Shown here: one piece after another, positions 39,038 to 52,000 of the stretch
Layout: each line of letters starts with the position of its first letter
Numbering within the stretch: position 1 is the first letter of the stretch
Source of the DNA: Ylistrum balloti
Taxonomy: Eukaryota
Length of the DNA stretch: 64,000 nucleotides
Direction of reading: 5' to 3'
Assembly (NCBI RefSeq): GCF_031769215.1
Contig: NW_026781977.1
Coordinates: forward strand, 868,001-932,000
Program-made: the position numbers and the translations under genes
Notes under the pieces: model-generated
What the model was told of the DNA's origin: nothing
Databases searched by the model: none
What the model saw: only the letters and a program-made list of their open reading frames with translations

Positions 39038-42000
39038 TCAAGAGCAAGTTGCCTCCCTTTCTATGGGAGCTTCCTGTGGGCTACTCCCACTGTTCAAGCT
39101 TTCATACGACTTAGTATCACTATCAACTTGATTTACAACAAGGTCATTGGAATGTTTGAAAGCAGAGGTCTTAAACGACCTGAAGTTATCAGAGGAATCT
39201 GAGTCAGAAGAACTCTCTCTGGTTTGCACAGACGATTTTTGAACACCACTTTCAGGAAAACCTGAAATACTGTCTAAATTGGACTGTTTTGAATGTTCTG
39301 TATCACATTGGTCTTTGGAGTGCGTACTGGAGCATGGTGGAACATCTCTTTGGTGTTCAATGATTGTTTCCGATGCATTACTCACACAAGTGCTATCTCC
39401 TGTTTCTAGTGAATCTACTTCCTTTTTAATGTTCATTTTATCACATACATCCCCTGCAGAACAAGCAGGTTCGTCATCGAGCTGGTCTATATTTTCAGTA
39501 TTATGTAAAGTTATGTCTCCACCCACTCCGACTCTCAAATTGGCACTGTCAACATGCAGCACATGTTTCCCCTTTTTTGGTCCCTGATTACTGAATGTCA
39601 AATCATCTTTACCAATAACACTGTATACATAGTTATCTCCCCCTAACTGACTAGTATTTGTTTTTCCCAATATTGCACTATTAACATCTTTTCGTTCGCA
39701 TCCATCCTCGGTCACTTGATCACGTGATATAACATTATTTTCATCAATCATTTCAAAATGTCCAAAATCTTCATGAATCACATTCATGTCATTGAACATA
39801 TCCAACTGTTCAGAAACAGGATTAGAAATCTTAAAGAAGTGGTCCTCTGATGGCCGGAATATGTCTTCTACGTCTTCGTTTGAATGTTTCTCGGTGTGTG
39901 TACCATTGTTACCTGAACCACCTCTCTGCGAACTGTTGTTACATTCACCAGGGGAGTGGTTGTTTTTGTTTTCTTTAGATGTCACATCCAGTGTGGTCAT
40001 GTCAGTACTATCAGGTAGACTAAATCTCCCTCCAGAAGCTAGAGAGCTCTGTGTATCTGTGCGATCAAAATCATACACACTACGGTCTTTCCCTTCACTT
40101 CCTGTACCGATTTTGCGAATTCCAGGTGTATACCTACAAATCAAAAAGTGGTGAAATATTTAGAAATTTGTTAAAATTTGAACAGTGGATGGTTTTCTGA
40201 AAAGGTACATCATCTATTCCATAGATATAATCTGATATGTTTTCTCAGATTCACAAAGGGAGATACAATGACTGTTTACCTAGAAAATGTCCCCACTCCC
40301 CCATACATAACGTGACCTGTAACCTTGATCTCATTAATATGTAAATGTGTAGAACTTGATGCTATGATATTTTTCTATTGAAAGTATTACCATTCGAGGT
40401 TAGAATGACTTAACATTGATTCTGGATCGGACGAGACAGACCTGGGTAACCATATATACCCTCTCATAAAATGGTAGGGACAGAAGAACACAGTAGATAT
40501 GATCAACATGTACAAACACCAGTAAACAGGAAAAAATTTGTAGCGATCCATGAAAGTATTCAGTTGAGAAAACCCTATACAAATATGTCCAGAAAAAGTA
40601 TCACCATGGATTAAGATAGAGAAGGATAGGTAACTGTCCTTGAACTTTGATATAAAGAGTATATACAGTAAAATGATATTTCTCCAAATAGCCAAGGTGA
40701 CAATACATGTATTTTCTAAGGAGGGAAATCTTCAAATTTCAGAGACAGAAAAAGGAACTAATAATGGACTGTAAAAACATTTATTTTCGTGGGAGTTTAA
40801 TTTTAGTAGATTTCGTAGGTAACAATTATAAACATAAATTTTCGTAGTCATCGATTTTGTAACAATTATAAACATAAATTTTCGTAGTCATCGATTTCCT
40901 GAATACCATTAATCCATGGAATAAAGTGTACACTAATATTGTTTTTCTGGACATTCGCTTTATTTGATCTCTATCAAAATATGTGTTGTAGACATCTGAG
41001 TACATGAAATAATATTAAAGGATGTGTTTGAAGTTCCAGTTTTGTATTGTAACATGGCTTCTATAGAATATCGATGGTGTATAGAAAAGTTTCAAATAAA
41101 CCAGTCATTCCTGGTATATACTCACAGCCTGACACCTAACCGCAGTTCAAGGAGGGATTTCATGTTACTCAAAGTTTGTCGTAGGTCTGTAGTTCCAAGG
41201 CCACAGTAATATCGTAGCTGCAAATTACAACGGAAAAAGTCTGTGAAAGCACCAATCAAACATTAAACTCCAACTGATACCATCTATCGTCCAATAGGCC
41301 CAGGGAGCCTGTCTCTGATCAAATTCAAGGAGCGGGCTTATTTGAGGACAGGATCATAGCATTAAGGACATTCTTCTAGCATTTCTAAAAATACAGTATG
41401 TTGAGTGGACTTATTGCCAAACAAGGAATTAATGCATTAGTATATTAATAAATTAAGAAATCACATCTCACTACCTATTTGTTTGATAAATTGGTATCAA
41501 AGGTTTTATAAAGAGTCCTGATTACCCTGAGGAAGGAAGTAAAGGCTTATTACAAAAACAAACAAAATATAAAAAAAAAATAACAGGAAAACAAGAGTAC
41601 CGCAAAGCGGAACAAAATATGCCCATGAATATTCAGAACAAAGAAGATAATTCAAGAATTACAGTCCTCCACCCGGTGTACTTTGATGGAAGTCAAAGGT
41701 TAGGTCACAGCGACCTACTTTTGGTACACGACACACCATCTCACCATGGTGCACCCACGTTTCAGTATCAAATGGTGTAGGACAAGGCTTTTCTTTGATA
41801 GAGGTCAAAGTCAATGTCACAGTGACCTACGTTTTGCATGGGACACGCTGTCTCACCATGATGCATTCACATGCAAAGTTAAGTTCCAGTATGAAATTAA
41901 CATTGGTTAGAGGAAATATTCTTACAAGATTTTTATATTTCATTTCATGGTGATTAAGCATACAAACTTTCATAAAGATTGGCTGAAAAATGTAGGAGAT

Positions 42001-45000
42001 CTCCGGACAAGATTTCTATAGTGAAATAAACAAAGGGGCATAACTCTTATTCAAATTGTCTAATCAAAACCCCGTTCAGGAAAACACAACTTCATATCAT
42101 GATGATTAAGCCTACCAAGTTTCATAAAGATCGGCTGAAAAATGTAGGAGGAGATCTCCGGACAAATAAAAGTTTACGACGGATGCCAGACGGACGAACA
42201 GACAGCGCCATACCATAATACGTCCGTCTTTCGACGGGCGTATAAAAATATGACATAAATTGCATCACATACATAGACCATAAAACAAACACAAAGTTAT
42301 TAATAGTATTCACATTATGGGCAAATACAAAGACAGAAACAAAGTAGATAGAAATAACAGGTGAACAATAATATACCGGATTATAACATAGGTTATGATG
42401 TGTCTTACTCAGTATGATAAATAGAATTTAGTGAGTAATATCAATACTATTTTTGACTTTGTATTCGTTAATATAAATTTATATACGTAAAGTTCCCTGC
42501 TCCTAACCTGACAGAAATGGAGTTTAATATATAGTTTAGTCTGAGAAACTCAGAGCAAAACCAAAGCTAATGATGTACTTGCATTGTACAATAATTAAGC
42601 TGGCTATGTAATCCTTAAGATGTATTTAGATCTTAAGGATGAAGACAGGAAAAACAAACAAATAATATATCCCTACTATGTAGTGGCAGACATGAAAATC
42701 AGAGCTGTCTATTCAGATTAGATCACCATATAAATATACAAAACACTTTCACTCTTACACAACTTCCCTCTAATGATGTGTCCAACATCCCAAACACTGC
42801 CTATCAACTCACAGGTCGTGTCCAACATCCCAAACACTGCCTATCACCTCACAGGTCGTGTCCAACATCCCAAACACTGCCTATCAATTCACAGGTCGTG
42901 TCCAACATCCCAAACACTGCCTATCACCTCACAGGTCGTGTCCAACATCCCAAACACTGCCTTTCACCTCACAGGTCGTGTCCAACATCCCAAACACTGC
43001 CTATCAACTCACAGGTCGTGTCCAACACCCCAAACACTGCCTATCAACTCACAGGTCGTGTCCAACATCCCAAACACTGCCTATCAACCCACAGGTCAAA
43101 AAACAACAATCTTTCAAACATTAAATCTAAAATATTTAAAAATGAATATCATACCTGACTGATGTTTTTATTCAAAAGGAAAACTCCATAATTAAACTGG
43201 AATTTTTCCTTTCCTTTTGCAAATAAAGGGAATCTGAAAGTATAAAAAGCATTGTGACAATACATTTTTTGCAAGTATGAATTTTATATATCTTATATAG
43301 TTCATCATTGTTCAGTTTTCGTTTTATACAAAAAAAGAAATCCATTCAAAATTCTTTGTACAGGGTTTTTTTTTCTAATTTCAGTACTCCCATTTGATAT
43401 TTCCCTACCTAAAAATTGGTACAATTTACAAAATTATTTTTTTATCATTATTCAAACCTACATCAGAAGTCCTAAATTGGAGCATACCATTGTCTATAAG
43501 TGCTGTAGACCTAATACCATATGACGCTTCCACCTATTTGCAAACGTAATACACAGATATGTGGAACTCTTTTGGATAGGAGATTAATGTCACAATAAGG
43601 AAATATATAGCCTTAAATACATACTGCCGATCCTTGTCTAATAACTTGGTGTGAATATGGTCTTGGATGACTGATCTTGAACCATTATGGGTCATCGGAT
43701 ACCTCAGTGGAATGTCAAGAATGTCTGACATCATCATGACCATGTGACATACGTAACCAAGGGAAACAGACACCATCATGTCTTCCTGACCTGTAGACAG
43801 AGCAAGAAATGAAAATCGTATTCTCAAGCAATTGTTATTAAACCAGAAAAAAAAATTAAAATCAATTTCAGAATGATATTTCATCATAGCTCATCCTTTA
43901 ATAGTGCCAGGATATGCTTTTAAAATCCCGAGAGTTACGGGCTAACTGGGTCAATATGACAATAGCAATTTCTATATGTTGTTAATGAATATTAACTTGA
44001 ATATGTGTTGTAGTAATTAAAAAGGGTACAGATCTACTTAAAATAACATTTGAATATATTTATTGAAGAAAATATTTTGGAAAATTCAAAATGTTACAAA
44101 AGTCAAAGAGTCAATATTTCAAGCTTGAGCATACTATCACATAGTGTTTAAAAATCCCTCGGACAATCTAACAGTTTATCCGAATATCACACGAATATCA
44201 CACGGAAACTTACTTAGAAACTCTTCAGAATTCGGTAACTTAATATCACACAGAAACTTACTTAGAAACTCTTCAGAATTCGGTAACTTGACACCACAAA
44301 TGAACATGTCTGATTTTTGGTCTGATTTCTTACTCTGAAATGGAACAATAAATTGCATTCAAAGGGAAGTAACCCTAGAAACCAAAGTCAGGTCGGAATT
44401 CATTACTGGCTGAGAGAAGAATGACAAACACAGGTTCGAACCATTGTTGTTGAAGGAAAGAACAATTTGATAATAACCTCTCCAATAACATCAAAAATAA
44501 ATGTGGTACATTGTCACCTTGCAGTAATATTAGCTCTTGAAATCCATCTACATTCAAAATGTACACAACAAATAAGCATATCAGTTTTCATAAAAATCTA
44601 CAGACTTCTTGAGAAATAGCAATAACAAGAATTCTAAATATGCCGACAAAAGATCACAGACAAAATGTGATTTGAATAACCTGCCATCTGGATGATATCA
44701 TAAAAGTTGTAAACAATATCTGAGACCCAGACAACTCACCTCCGTAATTGAGTAGACATTTGTGGCCAGCTCGCCAGTCAGCTGTTTTCTTCTGATCCAC
44801 AGCTGTGCATTCTCCTTAATCAAACTCTCCCTAACATAACACAGAATTCATTTTCCTAAAAACTTTCATTAACATTTTATTATGCTTGGACTAGTTGATC
44901 AAAATTATTCCTTTTCAAGTCCTGTATTATTATGTGCAGGTCCTTCTAGATTTATGTCTAAGATGCTGGGAAAAAAGACAGACAGGTCTGTCTGCACAAA

Positions 45001-48000
45001 AGAACAAGGCCAGGTTTAAGCCATTAAAATTTGATCATGAGAGTTGTTTTAATTTGATATATGACACAGACTTAACTTGTTAGACTAATCACACACTCAA
45101 AAAGAGTGCCGTGGACACAATATGCTGCCACAAAATATAAAGATCAAAATTGGTCCTTTTAATTGTCGCTTTTAACATGTCTGTATCATAAATCTTACAA
45201 AAATCAATGCACCGTAAAATCGCCCCTTCATGCACATCGAACAATTGTATTAGTGACATTGAGCAAGTTTTATGAAAATCTGATAATTAGTTTAGGAGGA
45301 GATGCATTCACAAAGCTCCACTAAGAGCAAGCTACAGATACAAAGTTAAAAAATGGCATAAATCTTACAAAAGTCAACGAACCGAAAAATCACCCATTCA
45401 TGCACATCTGCCCATTGCAGTAGTGACATTGAGCAATCATGAAAATCTGATGATTAGTTTAGGAGGAGTTGCGTTCACAGGAAATGGACGTACGGATGGA
45501 TGGACAGACAGAGAAGATAATGCCAATATACGACCACCTCTGGCAGTGTATAAAAATGACTACCAACTCTCTAAACTATCCCATAATTTTTAAACATAAG
45601 TGCTGATCCTTTTAATAGGATGTGTGATAATCTGAATATTTTGTAAAGTGGCTTACAGATTTAAACAAAGCAATCATGCTTAACTCTTGTATTTGCAATC
45701 ATTTTTTCTGTATTTAAATCCAGACAGTGAAAAGTACATATTTATATATAAGTAAATTATAACACAACTACGTTTATATACCAAGGTCAAAGGCACATTC
45801 TCTCTTATATAATTATCGTACCTGGTTTGACAATTGTGTTTTTTCCTGTCAGATAGATGAGCTCGTTCTTTCTCCAATAAGGCAAATTTTTCATCCAACT
45901 GCTTTCCTACAGAAGCAGAATAGATAGACTACAAAACTGTGTTATCAACAAATATTTACAATCTATCTGTGTTGTACTTCATCTTTAAAAAGTAGATTTT
46001 ACAGTATCCTATGCCTCAACCAGTGGCAACAGTGGCATTTTCACTATTCCGTTGTACATTTAACGTGAATGCAATAATTTCATCAGTGAAATAACCATCT
46101 AGACACTTGTGTATTAGATGTTCTCTTACATTCAGATCATGAAATTTTCATTTGTTAAAATATAATTTGACCATTTTCACAGGTGAAAATGACCAGCTAA
46201 AAGGTAACTGTTTTTTACATTAGGAGCATCTAGTATCTGTTGTCTGTGTTTGATTATTCTAATGGTATCCTGATTTCAATACATTAAATTGGACACCAAC
46301 AGTAGAAACTTTACGTACTAGATGTCTGGTATCTGTGTTTAGCTTTCTCACATTCTTCCTGGTCAGACTGTAGACATGTCGTCTGCCAGGTCAGCTCACT
46401 GCGGAGTTGTCTCACCTTGAGTAATGTAGCTTCTCGCTCACATAGCTATTTAACAGACACAAAGTACTCGTAAGATGACAGACTTAGCTGGGTATGTTAG
46501 GATTTATCATCTAGAGAATACTTTTGTTCACATACACACCTGAACATTGGATGTTTCCAAAAGTACAAAATTCTAGCAGAATAACTTCAATTCCCTTCCT
46601 TTCATCAGAGAGTAAGCAAGAAAATTTGTATTAGAATCTCTTACGATATTTCAGGCTGATTGACTTGGTGTAACTTGACAAAAAAGTATATGTTTTTTAC
46701 CTTCTGAGACTTTTCCTGTGAGGAGAGTAGCTTATCTTCTATGGAGCTGTGGACGCGACTGACCGATACCTGTGTCTGTTTTATAGCACGTAGTACTGTA
46801 TAGATTCTGTAAAAAACAGGAGCAAAAAATTTACCAAACATTTGTCAGAAAATAGAAACAAACAAACGACTTTATGAAAACAAACAATTTATTAACATGT
46901 ACCCATCTTTAAGTACATGTATATATACCACATTTTTGTGTATAATTAAGTTTTTCTTTAAATGTCACTAAGCTAAAATGTAAATGAAGAATAATTCAGA
47001 TTTTGTATCAATGAAATGTAAGGGAATATTACAGAGGGATGTGTCCAAATCATTTGTACATAGCCATCACAGTTATTTCAAGTACAGTTACAGGGTATAT
47101 AGAGATTACTTGGCACTGTACAACACTGTCAAGGACCTTATACCACAATATGTATGATATATACCTCGATAAATATATTTCTATACTATCTGAAAGTTAC
47201 AGTAAGACAATTGAACATGGAAACTGGAAATATACATTTAGAAATTTGTTTGTACTAATATGGTAATTTTGATTTATAACCAATACTACTTTTACTGATT
47301 CTTTAGAAAAAATCAAATATAAAATGTGAAAATTGATGTATAGCATATATCAGATTAAATATATAAATTATCAGTGATTTTTGTTAGAAATGGTCGAAAA
47401 AGACAAATTAAAAAACAAATGATAAAAATACTGATAAATAAGTAATACCACATAGTAATGGAGTGATTGTTAAATATATCTTTCCTTATGTGCAAAAACA
47501 TTTTATTCCTTATATAGAAATTAATTATAATATCAACCATATCCTCTTCACAGAAAACATGACAAGTGTTCACACCTCTCCAGGGATGCCGATGTATAGG
47601 ATTTCTTGGCTGTTCCAGCCTCAACTGGCAGATTGATCAGTGGTTTGACCTACAAAACAAAACATTTTTATGGATTTGTCACGCAATACAATAGCATTAC
47701 AAAGGTAAATGATCAAATTTAAGCCAAAACATATACATGTATATCTCAAAGACAAGTGAAAGTGAAGGTGAAAGTTCTCTCAAAACCTTTTTGTTCGAGA
47801 GCTTTTAAATATCTGAATATGAAATTTTACAAGTAAAGGGAGTTTAAATGAAATCCAGATAAACATAGACTATCCAAAATATCTGTGTTTCTGAAGTAGT
47901 AATTAGTTAATTTAATTCAAAAAGAAAAAACCTACCTTTTCTTTATTGATGTCAGGTGCAACAAAGAACTTGTCAAACATTCCAAAAATCATGGTGTTGG

Positions 48001-51000
48001 GTGAGTATTTCACCATGTCTTGCTGGAGCTGTAAGTGTATAAATACTTGTGATTAATTCCTGCCTACATATATATGTATTTTGTTTGTACTAGATATAAA
48101 TAAAAAATATCTCCCTTAATTTCTATTCATCATTGTGACACAGGAAAACTCTAAAGTTAAAGAATAGAAAAAAGCATCTATAATATGCTGGTAAAGATGT
48201 TTAAATCCATTTTTATTCACAATAATAGACAATAAAACTAGACCACAAGAAAACAAAATAAATATGCATTGTTTTTTCTGTTCACAACATTATTTTTTAA
48301 GAAATTCACCAAATCACCAAAACTTGAAATCTTGCAAATGTTTTATTTCATGTATACAGGTGATGTATGTTGAACACAATAATTACAATGTATTAAATAA
48401 GTTTGAAGACAGCCATCAAAATAAGTACATTTTGTACAGCGATAGAAAAAATATTACGGATATGGTAACAGAACATGTGGTTAAACTCTGACCTTGTCAG
48501 CGAAGAAATCCAGGCCTGTCAAATGGACAGTCCAGTCCAGAAGGAGACGGCAGTCATCATCCACAGCCAACCATACTCGCACAACCAAGGCTGGACAGTG
48601 GTCAAGGTATCATTCAATATTCAGTGATAATATCAACATTCACAAAAAGAAGACTTAAGATGGTTTGATATTACTCAAATTTCAATAAAATAATGCTTTT
48701 TTGCAGAAATTTTAAAAAAAATTAAGTGTTAAAATTAATTTATTTGTATACTTGGTACTATTGCACATTTGCCCTACATTAAAATCAAATGTTAAACAAT
48801 GAAATCTCCCCAGGCCCAGATTGATGACAGAAGGATACACTGAGATTTTATATTGATTTCCCCTTCATACCGACTGATATCAAAACTTTGCCAAGATGGA
48901 TTCTACAAAAGAAATCAAAATAACAGTAACATTCATCGACTACTCATAAGGATTTAGTTTTGTTTTACACAAAAATTATCAAAATTGAACATAATTGTTC
49001 CTTGCATCTTTTATAGTCAACAATTCAATAACTAAATGAAAATTTTCAAAACCGAATTAATACATACATATATATAAAATGTATTTCATAAGGTATTTCA
49101 TTTTTGTAAACTTTCCACATGTAACCTTTCGACTAAACTCAAGGAAAGACAATTTAAACTAATCAAAGATAAAATTGAAATTGGAAAATATGTTATTAAG
49201 ATCTTAAACTGTCAACAGATTAAAATCAAAACTGAAATCTTAAACTGACAACTGATTTTTTATCTATAAATTAAAGATGATGTATGGTTAACTTACAAGT
49301 GATCCTGTTATCTTCTCACTTGTGTAGAATGCTGAAAAGATATTGTCAGAGTTTATATTATTGCTTTAAACTAAAGAACCAACCATTCACTAATTAAATT
49401 TACTATAATTCACTAGAAAATGTCTACCACACATGAATGTCCTTGCAGTCACTGCTACACAATCCAAAATCTGATCAGAAAAAATTTGATGTTATGATAT
49501 TATGGAGTAGATATGAACCAAATGTTTTGAAAAGCTTTCAAGATTATGGTTGAATCAAGAACAGAATGGGATGACACAGGCATGAGATATTGGAAACACC
49601 CAATATAAATCAATAAGATCAATACAAATATGATTTTATAGCGGTAACAGAAAGCAAAATTTCTAACAGAAGCACTACAATTTTAATTTGATTGATAAAT
49701 CATTATACATAAGTGATGATATTTATTAAGCGTTGTAATGTAACCCCAAAAGTAAGTGGCAAAATTTTCTATTTGCAAGACGGATATTTCAGAAATAATT
49801 TACCAATAAACACTAAAGGTGTATTACAAGCCTCGGGAAGAAATCTACCATACAAGTTGGTTGATAGTATTTATACCCCTGAAACTAATTTTGATAACTT
49901 GTCTGCTCTACAAATAATACCTTTGGCTGCTGTGTCACGGTGAAGTGTGAAATAGGACTGCAATTTATGGACATCTTTCCCATTGTAACTAGGACACACC
50001 AGGTTCCTAATGGCAAGACTTCGGAGATGTCTAAGTCGTCGCTACATAAGGAAATTAAAAGCTGTTAACATATAAAAACTGTAAACTGTTTGATACATAA
50101 AAACATGATAATTTCATTTAAGTGACCTTATGTATCATGTACATTTAAATAGATTGGAAATTAAAATTAGGGATTATTAATTTATACAGTGACAATGTCT
50201 TGGACTTCTCAAAATATTGAATTAGATTTTGTACAATTTGTCGCATTTTGTAAATAAATGTCACAAACAAGAGTAACGCAAGAACATCACCCTTCATAGT
50301 TTTTGACATCGATGAAATTTTCATCATTTATTCCAGAGCTTTGAAGGATTTCTTTGCAATATTAGTGTTTAATTTATCACAACATGAAAAGTCAGAATCA
50401 TTTTACATGGGGAATTCTTGGTAATAGCTTTTGACCACCACACTGAACATCATGTTATAGGCCTACTGCTTCTTATTCAAAGTCATTGATATCAAGTCAG
50501 GAATTGGAACAGAAAGAATAAAGTGGTTTCTTCGCCAATGCCAAAATAGAGCTTATATTTTCAGACACTATGTATTTTCTATCTATTGTTTTGTGTATCA
50601 TTTATTGCCCTCATAGACAGGTAACTACTTCTCTGGTTTTATTTCTTACCTTTTTTACAATGCTTAAATCACAGGTATTTAATACGCTCATATATTAATC
50701 CCTTTTTGGATTTCTCCTTTGAACTAATTCATATCGGACGTTTGACATTGTCTATCGTCGGAATTCCGACGAAGGACATTGTCAAACGTCCCTATAAACG
50801 AGACCCAAGGAGAAATCCCAAAAGGGATTATCTCATATATATATGCTATAGAATGAGTGTATTCACAAACTAGTCCACAGAAAGACCAAAAGGTCATAAT
50901 AGTGGACGTAAAACATGTTAAATAAATGAAAAAAGAGTGTTCACAGTGTACTGGCTATTATCTACGCTGAAAAGAACAGTCGACATTTTTTCTTTTCTTG

Positions 51001-51353
51001 TCGACAACATCACTTTCCTATAGATTCATGCATATTTCATTCGATATTGATCGGTCTGCACTTGCTTCTATAAAAAAATCTTAAATGAATATATATGTAA
51101 ACAGTTAAAACATATGCATTGAATCGATTTGAATTCATTATGACAACGCCAATAATGGAATAACAGTATTGACATGTATTAATGAGCGATATAAAACTCA
51201 AATAGATGACAATCATGCCGACAAATTTAATAATAAACATCATGAAGACAGATGTACTGTGCAACATCGAATACAGACAACGAAACCATGTCTCACCTGA
51301 TATGTCTGCAGTTCAAATAAGCATCGGGCTTTCTTGGTGCTTATCTGCGACAT
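39038..51353 (-). CDS. UVRAG: UV radiation resistance-associated gene protein, 835 aa, 17 coding exons
   Basis: Exons 51353-51297, 50041-49921, 49331-49297, 48902-48839, 48590-48493, 48028-47936, 47649-47576, 46806-46701, 46445-46319, 45906-45822, 44830-44740, 44334-44262, 43790-43625, 43233-43155, 41217-41126, 40441-40391 and 40133-39038; GT-AG, phase-consistent, 2508 nt in total. Diagnostic peptides: [112 protein letters not shown]. The 51-nt exon 16 is supported only by splice sites and frame. Confidence 0.95.
40816..40898. repeat. ~40-bp tandem duplication in UVRAG intron
   Basis: gtaacaattataaacataaattttcgtagtcatcgattt occurs twice in tandem. Confidence 0.85.
41590..42248 (+). mobile_element. 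pearl/HINE (Helentron-associated)-like non-autonomous element in UVRAG intron
   Basis: 5' aacaagag start; internal core duplicated with a 152-bp period (tgattaagc at 41951 and 42103); gacg/gaca microsatellite; 3' hairpin cgtccgtc-tttc-gacgggcg (42221-40) followed by tataaaaa. Confidence 0.75.
42778..43097. repeat. 40-bp minisatellite x8 in UVRAG intron 14
   Basis: Unit gtgtccaacatcccaaacactgcctatca(a/c)ctcacaggtc. It ends 57 bp from the exon 14 donor. Confidence 0.97.
44194..44289. repeat. 48-bp tandem duplication spanning the UVRAG exon 12 donor
   Basis: aatatcacac(g/a)gaaacttacttagaaactcttcagaattcggtaactt at 44194 and 44242 (second copy matches throughout). Confidence 0.9.
45095..45556 (+). 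mobile_element. pearl/HINE-like element in UVRAG intron 10
   Basis: Core duplicated with a ~170-bp period (cataaatcttacaaaa at about 45187 and 45357), ggat/gaca microsatellite, terminal gtataaaaa. Confidence 0.65.
50696..50830. mobile_element. 135-bp foldback palindrome (MITE-like) in UVRAG intron 1
   Basis: Arms taatccctttttggatttctcctt/aaggagaaatcccaaaagggatta, ggacgtttgaca/tgtcaaacgtcc, and central cgtcggaattccgacg. Confidence 0.7.
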
Positions 51354-52000
51354 GGCTTAATTCAAGAGCGGCACATCATGACTGCATGTTTACAAAATGT
51401 AAATACATGATCAACATCTATGAAATCGATTTTATGAGCTCCAAAGCCCAACAGGAAGTACTACCCCCTAAACAGTCGCCATTTTCAAGATCTCGCAACA
51501 TGTCACATGGTTTATTGATTATGTATTGGTATTATTCTTATCAAACACAATAAGAGATATCTCTCCAGTGCATCGATACCATAATGATTGTGTCAAATTG
51601 CTTTTATGCTTGATATGGAAAACAACACTTTAAATTAAGCGAAACTCAAATGTGAAAAATATACCTGCGAGATTTGGTCGTGATTTCACGAGACAAAATC
51701 ATGTGACTCCAATGGCTGCTGACAGGTAGGATGCTGAGGTTGACAGCAGATGTTGTTTTTCTTGTAGTGAGAAAGTTATAACGTCTTGAATAGACTGTAG
51801 GCGTTCAAACTATTAACGTACGAGTGTTGTTTAGCAGATAGATTATTACTGCTGCTTAACTGAATAATTTGTAATTGTGTAAAGGACATTGGCAGGTATC
51901 CCTATATGTGAGTTAAAGGGTCCGAGAAACTGACCAGACTTGACATGTTTTCGTCCTTTGATAAGACACTTTAGTCTTGTTGCCCTTGATGTCATGTGAC
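51354..52000. promoter_or_regulatory. Bidirectional UVRAG/LAMTOR4 promoter with CLEAR/M-box-like E-boxes
   Basis: GTCACATGG at 51502-51510, TCATGTGAC at 51699-51707, GTCATGTGAC at 51991-52000; divergent gene starts. No transcript data, so TSSs are inferred. Confidence 0.55.
51690..51725 (+). other. LAMTOR4: Putative non-coding first exon of LAMTOR4
   Basis: Donor gacag|gtagga at 51725/51726 and matching acceptor ttttgtag| at 52718/52719, upstream of the LAMTOR4 ATG. Confidence 0.45.

Noticed and set aside
39279-40154. + strand ORFs 39279-39587 and 39786-40154
   Set aside because: Antisense shadows of the UVRAG terminal exon.
40442-40695. Hydrophobic 102-aa ORF resembling a membrane protein
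   Set aside because: Only its last 51 nt fit the UVRAG exon chain; the rest is AT-rich intron with no family motif.
42773-43162. Three overlapping + strand ORFs of 88-129 aa
   Set aside because: They are translations of the stop-free 40-bp minisatellite inside a UVRAG intron.
44375-44566. - strand 63-aa ORF in a UVRAG intron
   Set aside because: The flanking exons join in frame without it, and it has no UVRAG similarity.
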